A DNA stretch of 63,885 bases, counting the filler, from Globobulimina sp. (taxonomy: Eukaryota), in assembly GCA_003354225.1 (NCBI GenBank). It is 32 parts of 32 records of this genome, joined end to end, with 100 filler letters (N's around TTAATTAATTAA, not from the genome) between each part and the next. Parts side by side here need not be neighbours in the genome. Positions count along the whole stretch, not along the records: positions 10,006 to 11,906 come from PIVH01010766.1; positions 12,007 to 13,907 come from PIVH01010767.1; positions 14,008 to 15,908 come from PIVH01010768.1; positions 16,009 to 17,909 come from PIVH01010769.1; positions 18,010 to 19,909 come from PIVH01010770.1; positions 20,010 to 21,909 come from PIVH01010771.1; 26 more parts are not named here. One strand, 5' to 3'. Of this stretch, positions 11,801-22,009 are shown piece by piece; the stretch's first letter is position 1; the number at the start of each line of letters is the position of its first letter. The translations under genes and the position numbers were made by a program. The notes under the pieces are model-generated. The model searched no databases. It was given only the letters and a program-made list of their open reading frames with translations, and had not been told where the DNA came from.

Positions 11801-11906
11801 AAAGGTATCATTATGGTACTGGCTCCATATATGGTACCATTTGGTCTGAAAAGGTATCATTATGGTACTGGCTCCATATATGGTACCATTTGGTCTGAAA
11901 AGGTAT
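11801..11906. repeat. 49-bp tandem repeat, just over 2 copies, running off the contig
   Basis: AAAGGTATCATTATGGTACTGGCTCCATATATGGTACCATTTGGTCTGA repeated exactly. Confidence 0.9.
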
Positions 11907-12007
11907 NNNNNNNNNNNNNNNNNNNNNNNNNNNNNNNNNNNNNNNNNNNNTTAATTAATTAANNNNNNNNNNNNNNNNNNNNNNNNNNNNNNNNNNNNNN
12001 NNNNNNA

Positions 12008-12802
12008 GAAACTGTGAATAATACATTACAACAACAAGATTATGCACGATTAATAAATGCGTTTATGAGGGAAGAAAAACAAAATGGTGCAATTGCACGC
12101 GCAAAAAGATTAAGTTTTGACCAGAATTTCAAACAAAAAATCAAAACTACATATTCAAACATGATTGATTCTATGATTCGAGAAACAATTAAAGAATGTA
12201 TGCGTTCTCTATTGGCTGTTTTAATATTAAAAAATAAAGAGTATTTAAATCAAGATGTGTTACAATATTTGGAAATTGCTGACCATGCATTTGAAATTCC
12301 AGACTCATTCTCTTTCGTTTACTTAGACGGTAACAATTTAGATTCATTACAACAGTTTTTATTTCATAGTGATAAAATTTACAAATTATCAATTGCTGAT
12401 AATAAGTTTACACGGTTAGATCATGAAACATTTGGAATGCCATTCGCTTTGCAGAATGTTGATATATCTAATAATCCAATTCGAGGAGTTATTGATTTCA
12501 AAGCATGCAATTCTACTCTTACAATGACAAAGTACTTTTATATGAAAGGATGTAAATATGTAACAAGACTTGTAAACATACCCAAAACATTAGAATTTCT
12601 TATCATTGTTGATTCAGGGATTACATCGCCATATCAGTTAGAATTTGAGAATGAAATTGGATTAACATCCATTGAAACCAATCGTCATCAAACAAAAGAG
12701 TGGGAAACGTTTTTCGGTGAAAATAGCACAGAAGTGCAGGTAGCTTCAACTTCAGGTTACATCCTTGTGACATCTTGCACCCAATGTGACTATGTCTGTT
12801 AA
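12008..12802 (+). CDS. Leucine-rich repeat protein (5' partial)
   Basis: VYLDGNNL, LSIADNKF, VDISNNPI, LIIVDSGI. Confidence 0.65.
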   Translation, partial: ETVNNTLQQQDYARLINAFMREEKQNGAIARAKRLSFDQNFKQKIKTTYSNMIDSMIRETIKECMRSLLAVLILKNKEYLNQDVLQYLEIADHAFEIPDSFSFVYLDGNNLDSLQQFLFHSDKIYKLSIADNKFTRLDHETFGMPFALQNVDISNNPIRGVIDFKACNSTLTMTKYFYMKGCKYVTRLVNIPKTLEFLIIVDSGITSPYQLEFENEIGLTSIETNRHQTKEWETFFGENSTEVQVASTSGYILVTSCTQCDYVC

Positions 12803-12810
12803 CAGTTGGC

Positions 12811-12933
12811 GAATGTTGGTAAATTACGTAATTAAAATTGACCCTATGTCCTAGGTCTGCTTCAACTCCTTTACAATTGCGATTGGACCTAGGACCTAGG
12901 GTCAAATTTTAATTACGTAATTTCCCAACATTC
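12811..12933. repeat. Foldback element with about 47-bp inverted arms (CCTAGG family)
   Basis: 12811-12857 is a near-perfect reverse complement of 12886-12933. Confidence 0.85.
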
Positions 12934-13065
12934 CCTTGTTCTCCAGTCTACAATATTTTTCATACAGAAACGGTTTGCTATAGCTTTGTGATGGGTTTGT
13001 TCTGTGTTTTCACAACAGGACCTAAGTAAATCCTTACTCTTCAAAACACTAAGAAATCAATTAGT

Positions 13066-13907
13066 ATGACAATGGCACCTTGCCATGCTAACTTGTTGAG
13101 ATCGCTCAACTATTTACTATTACTATGCTTAGTTAACATATTATCATACTCAAATAATTCAATTAATTCACTAATTAAAGAGTTATATGGTGATAAATTA
13201 TATGTATCACCATCACCAATGAATTCCCCAACAAATGCACTATTTCATGTGGTACATATGACACCGCGTCTATCCACAACAAACACTCCAAATCCATCAC
13301 ATCCAAATTTTGTACCAAATCCAACCCATACAATGAACGCAAAATTTATCAAATCACTCAATGAAACCACCCAACAATTCCGCAATTTCGCAATTACGAA
13401 TACCCGCAATTTCGCAGTTCCAAATATCATCAAATACCAACCAAATCAGTCCAAATCATACGATCTTACAACACATCAATTTAAACCACTGTTCAATGAA
13501 CTAAATGGAACGGAAAGTGATTGTGTAACACCACAACAATTTACACAGACATCACCAACAACAAATACAGAATGCACACCAATGATTACGTCAACTGCTA
13601 CACAACAGGCACCATCTCCATATAAAGCGACTGTACCATATATAATATGTTGTACCATTATTTTTATTTTTATTTTATATCTATTTTTATTGTTAAATAT
13701 AAACTGCATATCACAAGACAGAGACCATTTTACTTTTGTTGCTGAATTGATAATTCAATACGACGTGAAATACTCTACTTATGCAAAACAATTCTATTCA
13801 ACAAATGAATTACAACTTAATCCAATTAAGCTGTGCAGAACGCCAATTAATTGCTCCTATGAAAATTATTTAAAAGTTTATAATTGTTTCTTTATTTTTA
13901 ATATATA
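13066..13907 (+). CDS. Hypothetical Thr/Pro-rich membrane protein (3' partial)
   Basis: Long ORF with an N-terminal hydrophobic segment and one internal TM. Confidence 0.4.
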
Positions 13908-14125
13908 NNNNNNNNNNNNNNNNNNNNNNNNNNNNNNNNNNNNNNNNNNNNTTAATTAATTAANNNNNNNNNNNNNNNNNNNNNNNNNNNNNNNNNNNNN
14001 NNNNNNNTCACACCCACATTTCAATGTAAATAATCCGAATTACCATCAATTGCTACAACAATATACTCCTCATTCATTCGATCCAGCCACACAACGCCAA
14101 ATATTACAAATACCAATGAATACCG

Positions 14126-15649
14126 TTGCAATTTAAAATCAATGAATTGGATGAATTAATTAATAATTATCAACGTGTTATTGTACCAGAATCATTACGT
14201 GATTATTATCCACGAACGAGCAATGACATAGTTATTGTTGGTGATCAATTATGTTTAACAATAAATAATAAAAGAATTAATTACAAACTGCCATCATTAA
14301 AAAATAATAAAACGCCAAATAAATATAAAAAGAATAAAAATGAATGGAAAACAATCGTTGATAAAAGAGAAAAGAAAAGAAAACAAATTGCAGATATATT
14401 ATATGATAATTCAGAATTAAATTTGACGCAAATCAATTTAGATATAAGTGATTTTTGCAAATCGTGCAATGAAAAGGATTATTTATGTGATTTAATAAAA
14501 TGTTCTGTGTGTTGGACTACACAACATCTAAAATGTAACGGTATTACTGATAAATCTGTTAAATATTATAAGGATAAAAAAATCAAATTTGTTTGTCATT
14601 TAAATGAATGTTCAAGTTTAACACCATCACAACGCAAAAAAAGGAAAAAAAGAATGAAAACGAAAATACGTAATAATAAAAATAAATTATTTGATGACAT
14701 TGATAAATATTTAAAATGGATTCATTTAAATCATAGAAATTATTTATACACATTGTTGGAGGCATCATATGAATATGTTAATTACCCTAAAATTGTGGAA
14801 TTATTTCACTCTGCGTTCAATTTCGAATATTTCCGATTGATTTGTCATGAAAAATGGGCAAAAACGTTTATAGATATTCAGGAAGTATGGAAACGGGATG
14901 GCATCACAACACAACAGAAACAAAATGAATTATTTATATTAAAACAATGTTTAGAATATAATGATATGAAACAAAAAATAAAATCAAATGCAATGAAAGC
15001 TATTGTGACATTAACTGGATATCATAATAATGACTCTCCATCAGATATAATGGATATAAATGAAGTATTGGAACAATACAAATCAATTTTTGATCGAATA
15101 ATATATTTATCATTATCTGGACAGTTAGCAAAACGATGGATTGATAACTATTTAATTAGACAGAAACAAACAAGGTACAAAATAAGATATACAGCATCGA
15201 ACGATTTAAATTGTGCGATATTGTCAGAATCTGTGATATATAAAGGCAATCCCGACGCTTGTCACTTATTTCAAAAGAATATGGGTCAGGATGCGTGTGA
15301 ACCTACAATTGAGAGTATGTATATGTTGCTTTCTTTTCTTCTTTACAGATGTATCATATTTTTTGTATATTTAGCCGATGTATCATATTGCAGTTGGAGA
15401 TTGAATGGGAGATATTTGGATATTCCTAAATATTTTGCAGAGACTGTTATTGATAAAGAAGTTAAGGAATTTGATCCAGCCACTGCTATTTTATTGGAAA
15501 CATCAGCAAAAAAATGGAGAAGTACGCACGCATCACCAATTGTTAAAGAATCAAAATATATAATTTCTCCAACATTGGACAAATTATATGAATCAGAAAA
15601 TATGGATGTTACTCAAGAAACAAATTTTTTTTTGCCAAGTCATTTGTAA
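14126..15649 (+). CDS. PHD-finger protein, possibly transposase-derived
   Basis: CKSC..IKCSVC..HLKC..FVCHLNEC (C4HC3); probable small intron near 15315-15375. Confidence 0.6.
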   Translation: MQFKINELDELINNYQRVIVPESLRDYYPRTSNDIVIVGDQLCLTINNKRINYKLPSLKNNKTPNKYKKNKNEWKTIVDKREKKRKQIADILYDNSELNLTQINLDISDFCKSCNEKDYLCDLIKCSVCWTTQHLKCNGITDKSVKYYKDKKIKFVCHLNECSSLTPSQRKKRKKRMKTKIRNNKNKLFDDIDKYLKWIHLNHRNYLYTLLEASYEYVNYPKIVELFHSAFNFEYFRLICHEKWAKTFIDIQEVWKRDGITTQQKQNELFILKQCLEYNDMKQKIKSNAMKAIVTLTGYHNNDSPSDIMDINEVLEQYKSIFDRIIYLSLSGQLAKRWIDNYLIRQKQTRYKIRYTASNDLNCAILSESVIYKGNPDACHLFQKNMGQDACEPTIESMYMLLSFLLYRCIIFFVYLADVSYCSWRLNGRYLDIPKYFAETVIDKEVKEFDPATAILLETSAKKWRSTHASPIVKESKYIISPTLDKLYESENMDVTQETNFFLPSHL

Positions 15650-16011
15650 AATAGTATATAGGGTTTGCCATTTATTTATTAATTTCGGTTCTTGTCAGAG
15701 GAAGACCGAAACGTCTTGCGCGAGAAAAATTTATTTTTGAGCTTCTTTTAGTCAAATTTCCATTTTCAAAGGGGTGGCAAAATAATCCTCGAAATTCTAC
15801 ATTCTTGCTCAATGTCGAGCATGGTGCCAACATCGGTTCCGCAATTTGGTTCCAACACCACGATTCAACACAGTGTTATATTTACCAACGCAAAGGAACT
15901 GGGTCACCNNNNNNNNNNNNNNNNNNNNNNNNNNNNNNNNNNNNNNNNNNNNTTAATTAATTAANNNNNNNNNNNNNNNNNNNNNNNNNNNNNNNNNNNN
16001 NNNNNNNNAAA

Positions 16012-16222
16012 GGTTCGGTATCTCAATGATAGAGAATGCGTCTGCGATTCCGGTCGTGTCTGCAGGTTTACCTGCCTCCCCATGGTGGTTACTAACCAAA
16101 CTCTTTTTGCCGTATGATCTCGAGGCTTAATTCGAGATCACCTGTAATTTGTCCGCATAATACAGCTCAACCAATGCAGAATCCAATTCGCAATGATGTA
16201 GGTTTGAATCCTACCCGAACCA
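16012..16222 (+). tRNA. tRNA-like gene with a roughly 140-nt structured insertion in the anticodon loop; isotype uncertain
   Basis: Perfect acceptor GGTTCGG/CCGAACC plus A; D-arm TCTC-AATGATA-GAGA; anticodon stem TGCGT/TCGCA; T-arm GTAGG-TTTGAAT-CCTAC; T8 run just downstream. Confidence 0.6.
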
Positions 16223-16427
16223 TTAATTCTTTTTTTTATATTTTTTGTCTCGCCTAGATTTACCTTTTTGGCTAAGTTTCAGTTGGTTTCGACGATTAGC
16301 AAGATTTTCAAATAAAACCATTCTTTTTCTGTTTTCAGATTTTATTTACATACTAAACTTCCTCAGAACATAAAGACGTTTTTGCATTATTTGATATTTG
16401 GATTATTTGTTATTTATCAGTTAAAAA

Positions 16428-17807
16428 ATGGAAATGCAAAAATGGGACAAACCGCAATGCTTTGACTACCAAAACAATAATAATACACAGTCTGATGATG
16501 TCAGAATATCCACACAAAAATACAATGGAATATATGATAATTCATCACATAAGAAACTGAGAAATATTAATAGCGAACATAAAATGCATAACTATTACCA
16601 GCATAAACAAAACAATGCGACTCACCATAATTATAACAATCGCACTTATCATTATCAAAGAAAATATAAAAACAACAGTAACAACACCAAATATTACAAG
16701 TATAATAAAAACAACAATACCAATGTCTATTACATCAAGAAAAACAGCAACGATCACAAACAATCAAACAACTGCAATCAGCATCGCATTCATCATGAAT
16801 ATAACAGAGAACACGACCAAAAAACAAATAAAATAAATGATATTGATATTGCAGAAAGAAACACATCAAATGGAACAATTTTATATTGTCCATGGTACGC
16901 AAACAAATCAAGAGATATTATTAAAATCAAACCGGATGAGTTGATACCGTTAAAAGCAAAAGGTTGTATAAGAATTATTACCTTTGGCTGTACGCACGAG
17001 TTACATAATCACGTATTGCTTCCAAATGGCGATTTATTGATCAATGCCGGAGATACTTGTAATTGGAGAAGATATCATCATACACAGAAAATATTTGCAA
17101 CAGCATATGATACATGGAAAGATTTCGTATCTTTATTGAACAAAACAAGAAATAAAAAAGCAGATAATTATAAATATGGAATTTATGTTATTCCCGGAAA
17201 TCATGACATTTTTGTGGAACAGAATACAAATGAAATACATCACTTATTATCTGAAAATAATTTACAATTATTAATTAATCAGAGTGCAACAATAAATGTT
17301 TCTGGTAAAACGTTTTCGATATTTGGATCACCGATATCTTGGTTCAGAAGCAAACCATCAAATGCTTATCAAATACATCGCAAAAGATTTGCATATTTAT
17401 GGAATACAGATAATAGAATGACATGCCATAAACACTGGGATTATGATTATATAAAAAATAAATTCCATGGCTCGGACATCCTTGTATGTCATGGTCCGTG
17501 TGCTGGATTTGGTGATTGTGAGGTGTATGGAAAGGGAACCGGCTCATATGAGTTATTAAAATATATTAAAAAACAAAGGCCGAAATTATTTATATGTTGC
17601 GATTTTCATGGCTCTTGTAAAGGAACGCATGGTTACGGTGTGACATTTCTACGTTTTAAACCAAATTACAACCAATCACGTAATCGCGGTGATTTTTGTA
17701 TTTGTATGAACGTCGCCATTGCACATCAATGTGCAAGACATATGAGAGCAGAAAATGTGAAGCGTGGAGTTACTATGCTTGATGTAAAAATTGAAGATCT
17801 CATCTGA
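16428..17807 (+). CDS. Calcineurin-like metallophosphoesterase (MPPED-like) with Asn/His-rich N-terminus
   Basis: GCTHELH, LPNGDLLINAGD, PGNHD, ILVCHGP motifs. Confidence 0.8.
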   Translation: MEMQKWDKPQCFDYQNNNNTQSDDVRISTQKYNGIYDNSSHKKLRNINSEHKMHNYYQHKQNNATHHNYNNRTYHYQRKYKNNSNNTKYYKYNKNNNTNVYYIKKNSNDHKQSNNCNQHRIHHEYNREHDQKTNKINDIDIAERNTSNGTILYCPWYANKSRDIIKIKPDELIPLKAKGCIRIITFGCTHELHNHVLLPNGDLLINAGDTCNWRRYHHTQKIFATAYDTWKDFVSLLNKTRNKKADNYKYGIYVIPGNHDIFVEQNTNEIHHLLSENNLQLLINQSATINVSGKTFSIFGSPISWFRSKPSNAYQIHRKRFAYLWNTDNRMTCHKHWDYDYIKNKFHGSDILVCHGPCAGFGDCEVYGKGTGSYELLKYIKKQRPKLFICCDFHGSCKGTHGYGVTFLRFKPNYNQSRNRGDFCICMNVAIAHQCARHMRAENVKRGVTMLDVKIEDLI

Positions 17808-18009
17808 CTTAATATTGTTACGCTCTTTGTTTGTATTGTGCTCTGTTTTTTTATTTCTTGCCTTTCCAACAAACGTGAACAGTGATATGGTATACATGGG
17901 GAGGGGGATNNNNNNNNNNNNNNNNNNNNNNNNNNNNNNNNNNNNNNNNNNNNTTAATTAATTAANNNNNNNNNNNNNNNNNNNNNNNNNNNNNNNNNNN
18001 NNNNNNNNN

Positions 18010-18290
18010 CAACAATTCGGCGTAGACCAATTGTCACTCAGTGCATCGATCTTTGGTGCTATGTACGATGCTATTATTGGCGACAAAAACCATGTCCATG
18101 AACAAACGTATAATGGGGCACCAATCATCAGTAAATATGGAATGATTAGAGATTCTGATAATGCCCAACCTAGATTTGTTGGTAAACACGCAAACGATAC
18201 GATTATTTTCTGTCGGGTTGTTAACGTTTTGTCGAGATCTGTACCCAAAGTTATAAACATGTTGTCTGTCGTTTTGGGCAGCCGCGACAT
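18010..18290 (-). CDS. SLC45/SUT-like MFS sugar transporter (3' partial)
   Basis: GWAL..SLIIPYLLMIG..SWTWFLSPI..PKIDALSD matches the GPH/sucrose-transporter N-terminus. Confidence 0.7.
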
Positions 18291-18322
18291 GATCGAACAC
18301 AAAGTACTTTGTATCAATTTAA

Positions 18323-19870
18323 TTAATTGGTATTAAAAACTGCGCCTTCTACATTTTGAGCTTGTCCAGGTTCAGAATTGCCATCAACAACATTGTTATT
18401 ATCATCATTATTGTGTTGTTCATATTGCTGTTGTTGTTGCATCACACTTTGATCAATCAATCCAAGCGTTTCTATATTCCTTTTGTCTCTGACAATAGAT
18501 ATTTCTAAATATTTTTTAGCTTTTATTGTCTCACCCAATCTCATCAGAATCCATGCAAATTGATTTAAATCCTGAACTGTCCAATCATTATAATTATTGT
18601 TTTTGCCCTCTCTTTCTGTGTATATAACCTCCATTCTCTTCAAATATTCGTATTGTTTGATTGGATTCATTGTAATTAAATGTTTCCACATTTTTAATTG
18701 CAATTCTTCATTTAACTGACTTGGTTTTTTTAAATTTGTTATAACATTCTCCATCGCTTTGGCATCAATCTGCGTTTTATCACTTAGTTGTAACCAAAAA
18801 TACGATTGTGTCTCCTTCCTCATATCCAAGTTTAATTCGTCAATTTTGGCCAAAACCATCGGTAATTTGACATAATCTTTCAATGCAAGCAATGTCTCAC
18901 AATAATCGGTGCACAAAATCCAATCATTGTCCATATCCAATACATTATATCCATTAATTTCAATCATTTGTTGGTATATTTGCCGTTTTTTATCACAAAC
19001 ATACAAACTATTCAATTCTTTGATATTATCTCTTTGTAAAACCATAACAAAATCTTTTAAAATATCAATATCATTATTTTTCCATTCCATCGCTTTCTCA
19101 AAACATAACACACATTGTCGTACATTTGCAAAATATTTGCCATAGATTTCTCCCAAAATATGCCAATATTTCCATTTTCCATTGTTATGTCGCAAAAGCA
19201 ATAATTCCCGCAACATTTCCACCATTTTCATTGCATTTTGTGCCCGTTTAATCACAGGAATACTCTCAATGTTCTCTGCCTTCTCTTCTATATCGTCAGC
19301 AGTGACATATTCAATATCCATTAAGAAATGCTGATGATATTTTGCTCTGATTATACAATCCTTAATTAAATCGATCCACTCATCCCTTGATTTTTCAAAT
19401 TTACACCGTATCGGTAATCGAATACTCCCCAATTCTTTTGGTGAGGGATAATTAATTGTTACCGTATTTTGTAATGCTTTATTTGGATCAATATAGATTT
19501 GCCCATTTTGATTCACTTTGAAATTTGTATCCGCAGATTTTTTATTGTTAAAATGCAATTCAAAGCCATATGTTTCTGGTAATTCAAAAACAATGCTTTC
19601 GTTGTTGGCTATAACGTTTTCTGTATTTACTTTTCCTTCTTGCTGTTCATGAGTATCATTGTTGTTATTATTAACTTCGATTTTCTCTTTAGTTTTATTT
19701 TTCGTATTTACTGACATGACCTCGGTCTTTGCGCCCAATACAATCATTGCAGTCATTTCTTGCATAGCTTCGTCTTTATATGTTGAAATTGTGCATTTAT
19801 TCATATCCAAAACCATATATCTGTATCTCCATTGATGTAAATATCGACTTCTTTTTTCAATAAAACCCAT
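18323..19870 (-). CDS. PH-domain plus TPR-like helical protein (5' end uncertain)
   Basis: GFIEKRSRYLHQWRYRYMVL...RDEWIDLI (PH domain), then TPR-like WHILGEIY..CFEKAME. Confidence 0.7.
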   Translation of the reverse strand: MGFIEKRSRYLHQWRYRYMVLDMNKCTISTYKDEAMQEMTAMIVLGAKTEVMSVNTKNKTKEKIEVNNNNNDTHEQQEGKVNTENVIANNESIVFELPETYGFELHFNNKKSADTNFKVNQNGQIYIDPNKALQNTVTINYPSPKELGSIRLPIRCKFEKSRDEWIDLIKDCIIRAKYHQHFLMDIEYVTADDIEEKAENIESIPVIKRAQNAMKMVEMLRELLLLRHNNGKWKYWHILGEIYGKYFANVRQCVLCFEKAMEWKNNDIDILKDFVMVLQRDNIKELNSLYVCDKKRQIYQQMIEINGYNVLDMDNDWILCTDYCETLLALKDYVKLPMVLAKIDELNLDMRKETQSYFWLQLSDKTQIDAKAMENVITNLKKPSQLNEELQLKMWKHLITMNPIKQYEYLKRMEVIYTEREGKNNNYNDWTVQDLNQFAWILMRLGETIKAKKYLEISIVRDKRNIETLGLIDQSVMQQQQQYEQHNNDDNNNVVDGNSEPGQAQNVEGAVFNTN

Positions 19871-20009
19871 TTTAATGTGTTCATCCTTAGTTTGAAATTA
19901 TATATCTGANNNNNNNNNNNNNNNNNNNNNNNNNNNNNNNNNNNNNNNNNNNNTTAATTAATTAANNNNNNNNNNNNNNNNNNNNNNNNNNNNNNNNNNN
20001 NNNNNNNNN

Positions 20010-21061
20010 CGAGCACTGTGTCGTGGCCATTTGCCTCTTTGAGTGATGCATTAAATCATTTGGTGATCAATACCACCAATGCGAGCAATGCATTCAATTC
20101 ATTGGCGACAGTCATAACCACGGCGGACAGGCAAACCTTTGCTGATATCAACTCTGTCTTGCAACAAACAAATGATATAAATTTGATGCCCATTCCGACA
20201 GAATATTTCAATTTTGTGCCGTACGGTATCGATAACCCATACTTCCATCGCAACTTATCCTATGACACATTTATGACTTTAATACGGATTGCCATCCCTG
20301 ACCCTGCCAATGCAGAGCTGTTCAAAGAATACATTTCGCACAACCAAACTGTCTTATTTTTAGAGAAAAGGAATGTGAGCAAAGGTGTGCGCAAACCACG
20401 CATTTCATTTGATCCAATACCACTCAGAAATACATTCTCAGATCAGAATATTAACGAAACACAAATGTATTTGTCAGATTTATTGCGATATATGACTGTT
20501 TTGATCGATAATCTGACAATGGAATACAATTTGAGTTTGATAAACAATGAATATTTTGGAAACAATTATGACATTTATAATATATCCAACTATGGTTACT
20601 CGTGCATTGAGTATGACAGAGAATGCGTCGGGGATGATCGCGACGCGCAGTATTGGAGCGTAAACATTACAGATTTGGAGCGCAATATATATGTGATACT
20701 CGGAGTGAACTCAGTGTCTGTCAATCTCTCGTCGGCGTATCAGAGTTTCAGTTATTATAACCACGGACACACTGGCAGTGCATCCTTGACCAATGCGGAA
20801 TATAATTCGTCTGTCATCGATTTGAATGTGCCAAATGTGAAATATAATATTTCCGAGGACAGTTTGTCCAAGTTTTATGTCATTCAACTTGGCAGACCTT
20901 ACAATTTGGAGATTATACAAAATATGCCCACCATTCCCATCACCGAAAGCAATTGGTCGTGGGTGCAGCCCAATGGAAGAGATTACTTGAATGCGATCAC
21001 AAAAACGAGACCGGATAAGCATCAAATGATACCGCCTATTTTGTTGACATTTCAGATTTGA
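20010..21061 (+). CDS. Hypothetical protein (5' partial)
   Basis: About 350-aa open frame with many NxS/T sequons; no family recognised. Confidence 0.6.
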
Positions 21062-21101
21062 TAAACTATTATAGTTTTTTTTTACTTCACTGAAGTTAAC
21101 A

Positions 21102-21578
21102 ATGTCGCCTGTAAACTTCAGTTTGCCCTCTTGGCCTCCACTCATAGAAATAAACGGTCAATCTCACCAAGTCATCATTCTATGGATATATTGCCTCCTA
21201 TTCATGCTAGTCTTGCCATTGCTCATGTCTTACTATTACTACGCCTTATACAAATTACGCTTTCTAATGGCACTGCGACGCCGCCATTTGAAATTACTGA
21301 CTTTTTTATACATAACAATCCTAATTGATTTCATATGCATTGAACCGATTCGTTTGTTCTGTAGCACATATCTGTCACACCTGAGCATACTATATTGGCT
21401 TTATCTCATGCTATCCACGCTTTCGACACACATTATTCTCTACACTGTCTTACTCAAAGTATGGCTGCTATTCTTCGATCTCAAATGGACCAAAGTGTAT
21501 GTCATTCACGACAATCAATGGTGGTATCACATCAATGATCCATTGCACTCTCACGTGGAGATTCGACCCGGATTGTAA
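21102..21578 (+). CDS. Multi-pass membrane protein N-terminus, apparently truncated
   Basis: Three hydrophobic helices, then an abrupt change of sequence character near 21550. Confidence 0.5.
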   Translation: MSPVNFSLPSWPPLIEINGQSHQVIILWIYCLLFMLVLPLLMSYYYYALYKLRFLMALRRRHLKLLTFLYITILIDFICIEPIRLFCSTYLSHLSILYWLYLMLSTLSTHIILYTVLLKVWLLFFDLKWTKVYVIHDNQWWYHINDPLHSHVEIRPGL

Positions 21579-22009
21579 AGGTGTCACATTAAAAGCATTA
21601 AACAAATATATACGGTCAGATTATGAGGATGATATTCCTACAAAATATGTCTATTGCAAAACATTAATTTATTTCGCAAATAAGAAAGAAAATGCGTATC
21701 AAACTCAAAAAAGAAAGTCAGCCAAACATATTAAAGGCAAAGGAAGGAAATATAAAAGATCAAAAAGGGCACTTGATGAAGATCCACCTTGGGATGATTA
21801 TTATTATCGATCTTGATATTTCACGGTCTCCTGAAATCATCACGGTATTGAATATGACAGAGCGTATACAAAATAATCGTTTTTGAGTTAGTTAGTATAC
21901 TGTAAATCGNNNNNNNNNNNNNNNNNNNNNNNNNNNNNNNNNNNNNNNNNNNNTTAATTAATTAANNNNNNNNNNNNNNNNNNNNNNNNNNNNNNNNNNN
22001 NNNNNNNNN

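Noticed and set aside
11801-11906. CRISPR-like repeat
   Set aside because: Head-to-tail copies with no spacers and no cas genes
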